From positions 1-64,000 of IMG/VR virus record IMGVR_UViG_3300012943_000031: a DNA stretch of 64,000 nucleotides; one strand, written 5' to 3'. A model generated the notes under the pieces. The model worked only from the letters and a program-made list of their open reading frames with translations. It made no database searches and was not told the DNA's origin. A program made the position numbers and the translations under genes. This document shows, in pieces, positions 9,640-18,858 of this stretch (positions are counted from its first letter, which is position 1; each line of letters begins with the position of its first letter). The stretch is from a virus.

Positions 9640-10575
9640 TTAATTTTGTGTGAAATAATATGGCCTCCCATTCTCATATACCAATTGTAAACCTCTTTCA
9701 ACAGCCTGTTTCCTGTGAACAGTCTCATACTGTCCATTTTCATCAACAAATAATGCTGAATGCCAAGGTGATGTCCATGCTTTTTCTGATGGAATTAATT
9801 GGAATGAGTATTTTTTGCCATTATTGATAGTTGGGTGCATGGAAATACGGATAGAATTTTGAAATTCATTATTGACCATATTGCTGTATGCTTCATTTCT
9901 GAACATCATTTCTCTTGCAACCCTTTTTGCCTCCTTATGTAACTGATTAGTAGAGGAATATGGACGTATTGCTAAATCCACCTCCATAAACTTAATCATA
10001 CCACGATATAACATATTAGTATCAACATCGTTTAATATACGATCTTGTAATACATTACCATTGATACCAAAGTTATTAAGGATTTTGTTTCGAACACCAC
10101 GCATACATATCCTTTTTGGATAGAAATCTGTAGCGTTGTAGAAAGTAATATCAATACCTTTAACCAAATCTCTCATAACTTCCTCATAACCAGCAACTGT
10201 TAAATCACTGATAGAGAGAACATCTGAGAATACATAGCCATCACTGACTATGTTGATATTGACACCGGGTGGATATACATCTCTTACTTGTCTGGCAAAA
10301 TTATCAAAATTATCAATAGATACTTTTTCACCCAAGTCGGGTAACCTGCCAATAACTTTGTCTCTTTCGTTAGGTGACTTCATTGGATAACCCAACATAA
10401 CAAAGTCTATAACTTGTTGTTTATCAATGAATTCAACAAGTCTTTGGCGCAGAATATCTCTACCTACAATAGCATACTGATCTACATTAGGTAGCTCAGG
10501 CATTCTAAATCCCTGAAATATATCAAGAATTCTATCTGCAACCTGAGTCGATGTTAATACAAGTAACTCTTGCAT
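9640..10575 (-). CDS. Isonitrile (isocyanide) synthase, PvcA/IsnA/Dit1 family
   Basis: FVMLGYPMKSPN..KVIGRLPDLGE, VYPPG.NINIVSDGYVFSD, RNEAYS, IRISMHP and TSPWHS follow the Dit1/PvcA motif order. Confidence 0.85.
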   Translation of the reverse strand: MQELLVLTSTQVADRILDIFQGFRMPELPNVDQYAIVGRDILRQRLVEFIDKQQVIDFVMLGYPMKSPNERDKVIGRLPDLGEKVSIDNFDNFARQVRDVYPPGVNINIVSDGYVFSDVLSISDLTVAGYEEVMRDLVKGIDITFYNATDFYPKRICMRGVRNKILNNFGINGNVLQDRILNDVDTNMLYRGMIKFMEVDLAIRPYSSTNQLHKEAKRVAREMMFRNEAYSNMVNNEFQNSIRISMHPTINNGKKYSFQLIPSEKAWTSPWHSALFVDENGQYETVHRKQAVERGLQLVYENGRPYYFTQN

Positions 10576-10592
10576 ATAGGTGTGTTTAAAGG

Positions 10593-11618
10593 TTATTGTA
10601 ATACTGTTGCTTCAGGCCAGTGTACTTCATCATCATGTACACTGATACCATGAAATTCAAGGAATGCTTGTTTAGCTTTATCCTTTAACTTCAGTAATGT
10701 CAACCCCATCTGAGGTTCATAACAATCCAATAACTTCACACCATCCGGGGCATGTATTGCTTTATCCTGTGGACGTAATCCATGCTCTTTCAGAACGGGA
10801 TGACCTGTGATGACAATATAATGGTCACCATATTCAGGTACATTTTCACTTCTTACTAAAGCAACATCACCAATACGTAGATACATACCTTCCTGTGCAG
10901 TAATACGTTGTACATCATCCACAGTCATTTGATAGGAATTATCAAAATACTCTACACTGAAGGTATTATCTCTACCATCACGTGTATGTTCTGATAGGTA
11001 ATGCAGTGATGCAGAATATCCTATAGATGTAAAATTGTGGATTAATGTTTGCCTTTTAAATGATTCATTTTTAGGACGTTGGTAAAGGGAGGCAAACATA
11101 CCCTCTCCAACAATAATAGTTTCAACAGGTCGTACTACGGCCTTATCTTTGTGTATCATCCGGTATGTGTTGACACGCATTTTACCGAATAATATTTCTT
11201 CATGAATATACCCTATAGCATGTCCATGAACAGGGGATGTATGTCCATCACCCCAACGTGCCATAACTAATTCAACACCCTCCTTGTAAAGAGGTTTGTC
11301 TTCGTTTTTGAGTAGGACAGGAGCTTCCAGTGCTAAAATAGTTCTGTTAAAACCATTCTTACCCGGTGGCATATCTTTAGCCACCCAAGGAGCTATCCTT
11401 AATTTTCCTGCCAGTTTGGTCATAATTGATTTAGTTAGTTCGACCTTTTCTAACAGTAGGGGATCATCATTTCTCAGATGTGGCATTTCATCAAAGAAGT
11501 TTTCATACCCATGTTTGTACATCCTTCTTTCGTAGGGCTGACCATCATACATGATCTTAAGGATGTCTTCTTCTGGTGTGTTGGAGCTAACCAACGTTTT
11601 CATCATTAGTGTTTCCAT
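10593..11618 (-). CDS. Cupin, cysteine dioxygenase-like domain plus an unknown C-terminal domain
   Basis: ELVMARWGDGHTSPVHGH...ILFGKM...Y...LIH...ASLHY resembles the CDO WxPGxxSxxHxH...H...SLHxY pattern. Confidence 0.7.
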   Translation of the reverse strand: METLMMKTLVSSNTPEEDILKIMYDGQPYERRMYKHGYENFFDEMPHLRNDDPLLLEKVELTKSIMTKLAGKLRIAPWVAKDMPPGKNGFNRTILALEAPVLLKNEDKPLYKEGVELVMARWGDGHTSPVHGHAIGYIHEEILFGKMRVNTYRMIHKDKAVVRPVETIIVGEGMFASLYQRPKNESFKRQTLIHNFTSIGYSASLHYLSEHTRDGRDNTFSVEYFDNSYQMTVDDVQRITAQEGMYLRIGDVALVRSENVPEYGDHYIVITGHPVLKEHGLRPQDKAIHAPDGVKLLDCYEPQMGLTLLKLKDKAKQAFLEFHGISVHDDEVHWPEATVLQ

Positions 11619-11802
11619 TGTTAACTTGTTGATTTGATTTAGTTAATTTAACAATTTGAAATCCATAGGGTTTAAGTAGCATATCAAGGGACAGAAATGT
11701 TGGAGAACTCATAGTCTGTAATGTTGCAGCTATACCCCTGACTAATACAATTTCTCTTGTTTTAGCCAGTTTTTTCTCCTGTTCTTCTTGTTCAGGGGTC
11801 AT
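11587..11802 (-). CDS. Hypothetical protein
   Basis: ORF track; operon context. Confidence 0.5.
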   Translation of the reverse strand: MTPEQEEQEKKLAKTREIVLVRGIAATLQTMSSPTFLSLDMLLKPYGFQIVKLTKSNQQVNNGNTNDENVG

Positions 11803-11848
11803 GATTACCTCCTTTTCGTTGCTTTTTCATGTTATTTGTTTTAAATGT

Positions 11849-12070
11849 TTATAATTCGTCGGCTATTAATTTATCCATTTCCAAAGCAAGTAATACAACT
11901 TCATCATCAGTCATACTTTCCATAATAGATACTATATTACTCATTTTTAATATAGCACTGTTATCTACACCAACACTTTTCCCCATCTTGTCCACATCAT
12001 TTCTCATCTCTTTTATCCCATCCTTATGATGTTGTATTATCTCTGCTCTTTTTTCTTCAGTTATTTCCAT
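11849..12070 (-). CDS. Hypothetical protein
   Basis: ORF track; operon context. Confidence 0.55.
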   Translation of the reverse strand: MEITEEKRAEIIQHHKDGIKEMRNDVDKMGKSVGVDNSAILKMSNIVSIMESMTDDEVVLLALEMDKLIADEL

Positions 12071-12338
12071 CTTTTAGTTTTTTAAGGTTAGTTTTAATTA
12101 TTTCGCACTGTAGTTTGTCCCTAGTAACATTGACAACAGAAATACCACCTGCCAATTCACTACTACCACGTGCCTGTGTGAGGTATGTAAATACAGCGTA
12201 GTCCATACCATCTATAGTATAATGATCTACAGTTATGTTACCACTATTACCACTACTCTGTGCATGTGCCTGTTTAGGACGTATCTCACAGTTTGATAGG
12301 ATTATAGCTCCTATCAGGCATATGATAAATTTTCTCAT
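12057..12338 (-). CDS. Putative lipoprotein
   Basis: Likely start MRKFIICLIGAIILSNC (signal peptide plus lipobox-like Cys), coupled by TAATG to the upstream gene. Confidence 0.55.
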   Translation of the reverse strand: MRKFIICLIGAIILSNCEIRPKQAHAQSSGNSGNITVDHYTIDGMDYAVFTYLTQARGSSELAGGISVVNVTRDKLQCEIIKTNLKKLKDGNN

Positions 12339-12532
12339 TACTTTTTTGATTTTACTAAACCAGTAATATACAAGGTAGAACCAAGTACAATAATAATAAG
12401 ACCGGGCCAACCTCTTTTAAAGGTTTCATATACCATATAAGTATATTGACTCCATAAACCTCTTGCAAGGTATTGGTATAATATAGCACCTGCAATAATA
12501 AGAAGTGCACCTACAATTTTTAATGACTTCAT
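12338..12532 (-). CDS. Small two-TM membrane protein
   Basis: MKSLKIVGALLIIAGAIL...; the longer start in the track overlaps a tRNA. Confidence 0.55.
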   Translation of the reverse strand: MKSLKIVGALLIIAGAILYQYLARGLWSQYTYMVYETFKRGWPGLIIIVLGSTLYITGLVKSKK

Positions 12533-12546
12533 AATAATGTTTTTAG

Positions 12547-12620
12547 ACTTCACGACAGGATTCGAACCTGTGAACACTTGGTTTGCTGCCAAGGTGTTTG
12601 GGCCACTCACACACATGAAG
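12547..12620 (-). tRNA. tRNA-Cys(GCA), atypical A33
   Basis: Acceptor CTTCATG/CGTGAAG, U73, anticodon arm CTTGG-CAGCAAA-CCAAG, T-arm ACAGG-TTCGAAT-CCTGT. Confidence 0.8.
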
Positions 12621-12772
12621 GTATGTCAGGGAGAGAACTTCCATTTTAATGTCCTCCTTAGTCCTGACAAATAAGATTAAACCCCTATAGAAATAGGGGT
12701 CGGTATTAAGGGACTATTCCAATGAAGAAATGACTACGGTGATATAGTAGATTTAGTTAATCTACCTTGTGT

Positions 12773-13258
12773 TTAAGATTTTGTTTCGTTCAATAGTGGT
12801 TTAATTGCAATCTCCATAGACTGGAGCATAGGTTCTACAGCAGCCTCTGGCATATGTTTGGCTAATTCAACCCTCATAGCTTCCTTATCAAATTTACCTG
12901 TATTTGCTATATCTGCAAATAGTTTATCAATTCCTTTGTGTTCTGAACTGAATAACGGTTTCAATCTTGATGGTAATAATACATCAAGTACATGCATAAC
13001 ATCTGCCTTAGACCTTACCAATTTCTTTGTTTTCATCTCCGGATAACCTGCGTTAACCATCAATTCACGTAATTCTTGCAGTTTACCTATTGTGAAATCT
13101 ATGATACGAATATCCTCAAACTTCAGTGTAGACTGGGGTTTCTTACCCTTCTTAAAATCTTTGGAGGATGTAAATGATGCACGAGCACCACTTTTACCTA
13201 TAGATATAGTGATTGAATTGGCCTTTTTTCGGCCAAGAACTGTAGCTTTCTCTGACAT
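12773..13258 (-). CDS. Hypothetical protein
   Basis: ORF track; AAAACAAAACAT leader. Confidence 0.65.
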   Translation of the reverse strand: MSEKATVLGRKKANSITISIGKSGARASFTSSKDFKKGKKPQSTLKFEDIRIIDFTIGKLQELRELMVNAGYPEMKTKKLVRSKADVMHVLDVLLPSRLKPLFSSEHKGIDKLFADIANTGKFDKEAMRVELAKHMPEAAVEPMLQSMEIAIKPLLNETKS

Positions 13259-13270
13259 ATATGTTTTGTT

Positions 13271-13699
13271 TTAGTGATTTCTATACATGGGTTTACCGAA
13301 TAGTATCTCTTCACACTCATCATATGTTAATGTAGGATAGTCCCAGTGTACTGCATCTAATGCATAACAGTCTGTTCCTTCCTCACATACACTACATCCA
13401 TGAAATACTATTTGATCTTTCATAGTACAGTTCTTATAGGGACAAATATGTTTCTCAAGGTAGAAATATTTCTGGATAGTATCAATTTCTTTAGCTGTCA
13501 TCCAAACAAATTGAGCCTTAACCAGTAGATTTACGGCATTATCAGGTATAGGATTACCTTCCCCATCATAATATGTAGGACAGGTATTAACTTCTTTGTT
13601 TTTGGCAGGGTTAATAATTGCCTGTATGAGTAGTGTAAAGAATATACTACCTATCACTATTCTTATGGCTATCCCTGCTAGTTCAAATATATTTTTCAT
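13271..13699 (-). CDS. Hypothetical protein with N-terminal TM and Cys cluster
   Basis: ORF track. Confidence 0.6.
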   Translation of the reverse strand: MKNIFELAGIAIRIVIGSIFFTLLIQAIINPAKNKEVNTCPTYYDGEGNPIPDNAVNLLVKAQFVWMTAKEIDTIQKYFYLEKHICPYKNCTMKDQIVFHGCSVCEEGTDCYALDAVHWDYPTLTYDECEEILFGKPMYRNH

Positions 13700-13782
13700 G
13701 ATAATAAGTTTAGTAATAAAAAAAGGGAGGTCTATAGAAATAAACCTCCGGCTACTCGGAATTGCTTGATTGCTGAAAACTC

Positions 13783-14070
13783 TTATAGTACACTCTCAGT
13801 CAAATAATCATCGATTACTTCTATTGGTGGTTCTTGTGGGAACGGCAATGGACATACTCTATTATTTATTAGACTATGGAGTGTTATTTCTTCTTCAATT
13901 ACCTGTTTTGCGTGGGCTTCACAAGGTATAAAACCACCACCTGATGTTGCAGCAATATATGCTTGTTCAGGGGATTTTCTACCACCATTACTCTGTATCT
14001 CCTCATATGAAGCAATACAACATGAGGGATACCCAAAGTACTTGCCCAATTCTTCTGTCATGTTCATCAT
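13783..14070 (-). CDS. Hypothetical protein (GKYFGYPxCC motif)
   Basis: GKYFGYPSCCI...GFIPCEAH...RVCPLPFP, a motif type common in phage small proteins. Confidence 0.65.
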   Translation of the reverse strand: MMNMTEELGKYFGYPSCCIASYEEIQSNGGRKSPEQAYIAATSGGGFIPCEAHAKQVIEEEITLHSLINNRVCPLPFPQEPPIEVIDDYLTESVL

Positions 14071-14393
14071 ACACCCATTGTTTAAAGATTAGAAAATCAA
14101 TGTTGGCTTGGAGTATGGCAAGAAAAAAAGGGTTGTTAATACAACCCCTATTATGATAGCTATTTCAAAGGTCAAGAACCTTGTGGTTATCAAGGAATGA
14201 ATTGCTGATATTAATATAGCTTTAAAAAGAAAGAGGGTATTTCTACCCTCCCCTTGGCAACAGCCTTAACTGGAATGGCCGTTAACCGTAAACCTTATCC
14301 TATATACCTGCTCAGGACGGAGCAGTAATTTATTTCCTGTTTAACTTTCTGGACTTCCTTTCCTGTTTCTTTTTCTTTCGTAATTTCTGATCT

Positions 14394-14666
14394 CTACAGT
14401 GAAGATATTGAAAATCTATCATCACCTTCCCTGTCTGATCTGGTTTTTGTTTTACCCTGTTTCCGGTTCTCATTCCTGTCTGGAATCCCACGTTCGGTTT
14501 CATATAGGTAGTTTTTCACTTTGTTGAATAATATTAATGCCTGTTCATCCGTCTGAACTACATCCTGTTCTATTACAACTGCACAAAACATACGAGGCCA
14601 ATGTTCCCACTGCTGATAGAGTCCTACAAAATATGACACTCTAACAAATGAATATATACCTGTCAT
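14394..14666 (-). CDS. Hypothetical protein
   Basis: ORF track. Confidence 0.5.
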   Translation of the reverse strand: MTGIYSFVRVSYFVGLYQQWEHWPRMFCAVVIEQDVVQTDEQALILFNKVKNYLYETERGIPDRNENRKQGKTKTRSDREGDDRFSISSL

Positions 14667-14717
14667 AAGCTTTAAGTTTAAAGCCCCTGCATATCTCTAT
14701 GCAGAGGCTGTTATAAG

Positions 14718-15173
14718 TTACAACTTACGTATAACTCTCTTTTCCTTAGTGTTACCCTGTATAGCCTGAACAGAGAATACTTTTGGAGCATATTGCTTAA
14801 AGAATTCCTTTGTTGCTCTTTCCATACGGGCTGGAATAACAACTGCACCTTTAAATGGCTCCAGTCTCGGTAACTGAACAGCCAATGATTTATTTAATGA
14901 TAGTATCTCAACCTCATCAATACGTGAGTTTGAGCCTACATAATCAGCCTCAAATTTCAGGGCCATAGCAGGTATATCATTGTTAGTTGGTGCAGGGGTA
15001 TTTACCAAACTTTTCTTGTGCTCATCATTCCATTTTGCATATACATTAGCATATGGTCTTTTGAGTTTAGCTGAAAGTTTCGTTAATATCTTTCTTGTAT
15101 TCTGGTCTTTAGGTATGCCAATGACTTGGTGTGTTTCATCAGGTGACCATTTACCTGTTTTCAGTGTTGCCAT
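14718..15173 (-). CDS. Putative DNA-binding protein with Myb/SANT-like N-terminus
   Basis: KTGKWSPDE...LSAKLKRPYANVYAKW spacing resembles a Myb-type helix-turn-helix. Confidence 0.5.
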   Translation of the reverse strand: MATLKTGKWSPDETHQVIGIPKDQNTRKILTKLSAKLKRPYANVYAKWNDEHKKSLVNTPAPTNNDIPAMALKFEADYVGSNSRIDEVEILSLNKSLAVQLPRLEPFKGAVVIPARMERATKEFFKQYAPKVFSVQAIQGNTKEKRVIRKL

Positions 15174-15190
15174 ATATGTTTTGTTTACGA

Positions 15191-15481
15191 TTACGTTTTA
15201 TTTACCTTGTAATAGAACTGTTTGCCCAGTCCATATTTATTAACAAAGGTATTACATATAGTGAATATACCATCCTTGCTTTTAAATTGGGTGGTATTAC
15301 CTATATTCCCTACTTTGGTGGCCTTTATATGACCATCAATAGGGTCTGAACTTATTTGTAGTAACTCGAATGTATTAGGTGACATATACTTCTTTATGAT
15401 CTCAATACAGTCATCGAATAACACATTTCCATTAATATAGGCCAGTTCACGGCCATTTTTTACGTTTAATATATTTCTCAT
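15191..15481 (-). CDS. Hypothetical protein
   Basis: ORF track; coupled. Confidence 0.55.
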   Translation of the reverse strand: MRNILNVKNGRELAYINGNVLFDDCIEIIKKYMSPNTFELLQISSDPIDGHIKATKVGNIGNTTQFKSKDGIFTICNTFVNKYGLGKQFYYKVNKT

Positions 15482-15750
15482 AAGGGTGGATTATTATTTA
15501 ATATAAATGTCACCTTAGTTGGTGACGTTATCAGTGGTAGCCAGTATTTTTCTTGTGTAGTGATGGGTAAATCATCTACTGCTCCACACGTTACACCCCA
15601 TACTATTTTCCTACCATTAGCAAATGAACCCAATGCATGTGTCAAGGCAATTGCACCCTGACACATATGTGGGTTAATTGGAATAGATGATTTAATCATC
15701 TCTTTGGTAATTGTAATAGTAATAGGGAATAGTGACTCTACAGATGTCAC
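15478..15750 (-). CDS. Hypothetical protein
   Basis: ORF track; coupled. Confidence 0.55.
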   Translation of the reverse strand: MTSVESLFPITITITKEMIKSSIPINPHMCQGAIALTHALGSFANGRKIVWGVTCGAVDDLPITTQEKYWLPLITSPTKVTFILNNNPPL

Positions 15751-16082
15751 TTATAACCTGACTGAATGAAGGCCATAACAGTGTTATAGTCTTCATTATT
15801 AAAGTAATAGGAGTATTCCCAATATATAGTGGGCTTACCCTTATACTTTACCTGTCTTTTATACCCATTATAAGACAGGAGAATGGTAGGACGATATTTG
15901 GCCTCTATCTTCTGAGCAGTTAACTCATTAGATATTATGACCCGGAATTTCTTATCACCACTCTTAACTAATTCAACCTCATCAGCAATAGTCACCTTCT
16001 TATCAGGTGGTGCTGTGGGTATTTTCTGTGCACATACACTTAATGAGCACACTACGAGTAACATACAAAGGATTCTCTTCAT
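15747..16082 (-). CDS. Hypothetical secreted protein
   Basis: Bacteroidota-style signal peptide MKRILCMLLVVCSLSVCA-Q. Confidence 0.6.
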   Translation of the reverse strand: MKRILCMLLVVCSLSVCAQKIPTAPPDKKVTIADEVELVKSGDKKFRVIISNELTAQKIEAKYRPTILLSYNGYKRQVKYKGKPTIYWEYSYYFNNEDYNTVMAFIQSGYK

Positions 16083-16238
16083 ATTATATAGTTTAATAAT
16101 TTAATTAATAAAAAGCTCTGGTCATCATTCAGTATCCATCATACTTCATCCTCTGCCCAATGGTATTAGGGCCAAGGCAACAACTACTACTTACTAACCC
16201 ATCCCTAGGTAGTTGATAACCAGAGTCTTAGCTCTTAA

Positions 16239-16293
16239 TTCGTTTCGACCCTCAATTAGGTCTCATCAGTATGAACAATAGTCCATATACGAA
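16239..16293 (-). ncRNA. Type III hammerhead ribozyme (HH1)
   Basis: Minus strand reads TTCGT-A / TATGGAC-tatt-GTTCATA / CTGATGA / GACC-taattgag-GGTC / GAA-ACGAA; full core with GUA cleavage triplet. Confidence 0.88.
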
Positions 16294-16299
16294 AGGAGG

Positions 16300-16863
16300 T
16301 TACCCTCCTTGTTCAATAGATGTAGAATCTGTAATAACCTTCCACCCATCAGCTTTACGAACACCAAAATAGTGTGGTATTAACCATGATATTTTTTCTC
16401 CCTCTTGTGCCCTCTTTGCATATGTAGAGGCAGTACGTGGGTTTTGTTCGATAATCTCAAACTGCTTTTCATCATCCTTAAAGACAACGAAACGAAGACC
16501 TTTTGGGTCAGTCTGAATCTCTGTGGGTGTACCATTGATTACAATCTTTTTTTGTTTAGGGTTATGTATAGCCCTGTGAATATCGATGAACACTTTCTTC
16601 ATATATCTGTTTTTTAGCTGAAATAATTGGGTCATTTGATAGGATGCTGCATTTATCTGCATGTATATCTCTGGATTCTGGTCTAATAGATAGTCCATAT
16701 CATCCTCCGTACATGGTACACAGTTTCTATGTTCATCTATTCTACCTATCTCACCACAGTTAGTACATAAGCAGAAATCACCCTCTTTAGGGCCATTGTT
16801 TTCAATAGAGTTATTCTGTACCAGAATATCCATTGACATACCACATGTTAGACATCTACCCAT
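16300..16863 (-). CDS. Hypothetical protein with N-terminal CxxC...CxxC zinc ribbon
   Basis: CLTC...CTNC. Confidence 0.6.
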   Translation of the reverse strand: MGRCLTCGMSMDILVQNNSIENNGPKEGDFCLCTNCGEIGRIDEHRNCVPCTEDDMDYLLDQNPEIYMQINAASYQMTQLFQLKNRYMKKVFIDIHRAIHNPKQKKIVINGTPTEIQTDPKGLRFVVFKDDEKQFEIIEQNPRTASTYAKRAQEGEKISWLIPHYFGVRKADGWKVITDSTSIEQGG

Positions 16864-16866
16864 AAC

Positions 16867-17109
16867 TTATTTATTTCCCTGCCATTCAGGTTGGTTAGGT
16901 ATTCTGGATTCGTAGTTATACTGTGCAAATACCCAGTCCAGTTCCACAGGTATAGCAGTTTGTGTTTTATCCAATTTACGCATGTGTTCCTCAAGAGCTA
17001 TCTTCATATACTCTACATTCTCAAGATACTCAATAAGGTGGCCTAATCTGTTATCTAACAGGGCATCACGTACTTTTTCAGGATACTTAGCAACAAGTCT
17101 TGGTTTCAT
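16867..17109 (-). CDS. Hypothetical protein
   Basis: ORF track. Confidence 0.55.
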   Translation of the reverse strand: MKPRLVAKYPEKVRDALLDNRLGHLIEYLENVEYMKIALEEHMRKLDKTQTAIPVELDWVFAQYNYESRIPNQPEWQGNK

Positions 17110-17119
17110 GATGTTTTGT

Positions 17120-17341
17120 TTATTCGTATTCTAATTGTATTTTGTACCTTCTCTCACTATCTTTCACCCATTTCCATATATACTTAAGGTTATTCTCATT
17201 TCTGAAACTATGCTTATCATATATATGTGCAATGAAGCGTGTCTTTTTATAGGATAGTCTCCATATTAAAAATCCAACAGTTTGGAGTATGTACACAACA
17301 ATAAGAAATACCATTATTAAGAATCGGTATATGTATCTCAT
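17120..17341 (-). CDS. Hypothetical membrane protein
   Basis: N-terminal hydrophobic helix; ATG at 17341. Confidence 0.5.
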   Translation of the reverse strand: MRYIYRFLIMVFLIVVYILQTVGFLIWRLSYKKTRFIAHIYDKHSFRNENNLKYIWKWVKDSERRYKIQLEYE

Positions 17342-17482
17342 AATCAATGGATTAATAGGATTCTGGGAGGGATATTAGGCCGTAGCTATCCCTCCCATAC
17401 ACAATGTATTGAATCCTTTGTATGTAGAGAAATGAACCTATTGATGGGTAGAACTACGCAGTAGTATAGTAAACCCCCGATC

Positions 17483-17752
17483 TCAAGACTCATCTCCATC
17501 CATACCTTCACAGAATTTATTTGTTAATGCAATTAATTTCTTGCTATCCAATACATCACTGGGATTAGCACGTATTAAATTGAGTGTTATCCCAAATGCC
17601 TCATCCCATTCAAATACGTATCCCTCACCCTGCAAATCATTACCACTTCTCATATATCTGTTATCCTGTATTTGGATAAATCTGCCTAATACATGGTCAG
17701 TACCCCTGACTATAGTGATATTCTCACCATGAGGTTCATATATTCTGGCCAT
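17483..17752 (-). CDS. Hypothetical protein
   Basis: ORF track. Confidence 0.6.
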   Translation of the reverse strand: MARIYEPHGENITIVRGTDHVLGRFIQIQDNRYMRSGNDLQGEGYVFEWDEAFGITLNLIRANPSDVLDSKKLIALTNKFCEGMDGDES

Positions 17753-17753
17753 A

Positions 17754-18191
17754 TTACTGTTTATTTGGGTTAGAAAATTCGATATGTCCCTTGTGTTTGA
17801 TCCAATTACCTTTAATAATCAGATCATCAGGTATATCTAATAGTGATTCTAATACCTCCTCAGCATCATGCTCTAACTCAAAGCAATACCTACCAATATA
17901 CCCAGTCTGATCTATTCCATAGAACAAACCTACAGTAAATGCCATCCTTCTGAGTCCACATAATACCCAATTATCCTCATACCATAACCATCTCAGGTTA
18001 TAATATCCCTCATTATCAGCATCTACCTCTAATTGTGCAGTCTGTAAATCATGCCTGAATTCGTTACCATGTGGGTCTTTCCCATTTGCTTGTATACTAT
18101 CTTTCATACGTGTTGATTTAGGTGTAAAGTATGATTCGACAATATCCCACACCCTATCTAGGGATTCTGGGGAATAGTCTGATATATTCAT
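17754..18191 (-). CDS. Hypothetical protein
   Basis: ORF track; CTCTAAATCAAC leader shared with other early genes. Confidence 0.65.
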   Translation of the reverse strand: MNISDYSPESLDRVWDIVESYFTPKSTRMKDSIQANGKDPHGNEFRHDLQTAQLEVDADNEGYYNLRWLWYEDNWVLCGLRRMAFTVGLFYGIDQTGYIGRYCFELEHDAEEVLESLLDIPDDLIIKGNWIKHKGHIEFSNPNKQ

Positions 18192-18261
18192 AACATGTTG
18201 ATTTAGAGGTTAATGAGAGCCATGTATGGAAATACACGGCTGTTTACGAATGAGAATGGTT

Positions 18262-18498
18262 CTATTTACCTCGTTTAATAATTTCATTTATCTTCTTTGC
18301 TATTCTCTCTGTCTTTATGTGCTTAATGAAGTATAGAATACTCCATACTCCTGAAACTATGAAGTTCCACTGAGCATGTAGTATACCCAGTAATGCAAAT
18401 ATTCCAGCAAATATAAAGAACATAATAGCCAGACGTGCATGTTTCTCGTACTGGATAATTAGCTTATCAACCTCTTCTTTGTCTTGTATATCAAACAT
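18262..18498 (-). CDS. Hypothetical two-TM membrane protein
   Basis: ORF track; ATG at 18498. Confidence 0.55.
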   Translation of the reverse strand: MFDIQDKEEVDKLIIQYEKHARLAIMFFIFAGIFALLGILHAQWNFIVSGVWSILYFIKHIKTERIAKKINEIIKRGK

Positions 18499-18858
18499 AT
18501 AAATGATTTTCAAAAGAAACCCCTATGGAAATAGGGGTCGTATTTTTATCCCAAAATAACCAAGCTTCAGACTGATTAAGCCTTAAGCCTGATATATTTC
18601 ACATCCAGTAAAGCTGTGTCCAACTGCACTGAAACTCTTTATATTGATTATCAATAAGTTAAAGGGAACCCCCTGTAGAAACAGAGGGTGATTAAAAATA
18701 TACCAAAACCCTATCCTAAATGAGCAGATAGTACATTAAATTCAAAATATTGTCCCTCTATAGATATAAAGGGACACGTTATGAAAAACCAAAGCCATTA
18801 AACTGGCCCACTGTCTGTAGACACAGATAGTCTAATATGTCAAATATTCAGAAAAGAT

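Noticed and set aside
14250-14330. Possible additional ribozyme in an intergenic GC-rich patch
   Set aside because: Only a short CTGCTC/GAGCAG hairpin is clear; no hammerhead, twister or pistol core could be assembled.
12680-18835. CRISPR array made of the recurring hairpins
   Set aside because: Stems differ in sequence, spacing is irregular, and no cas genes are present.
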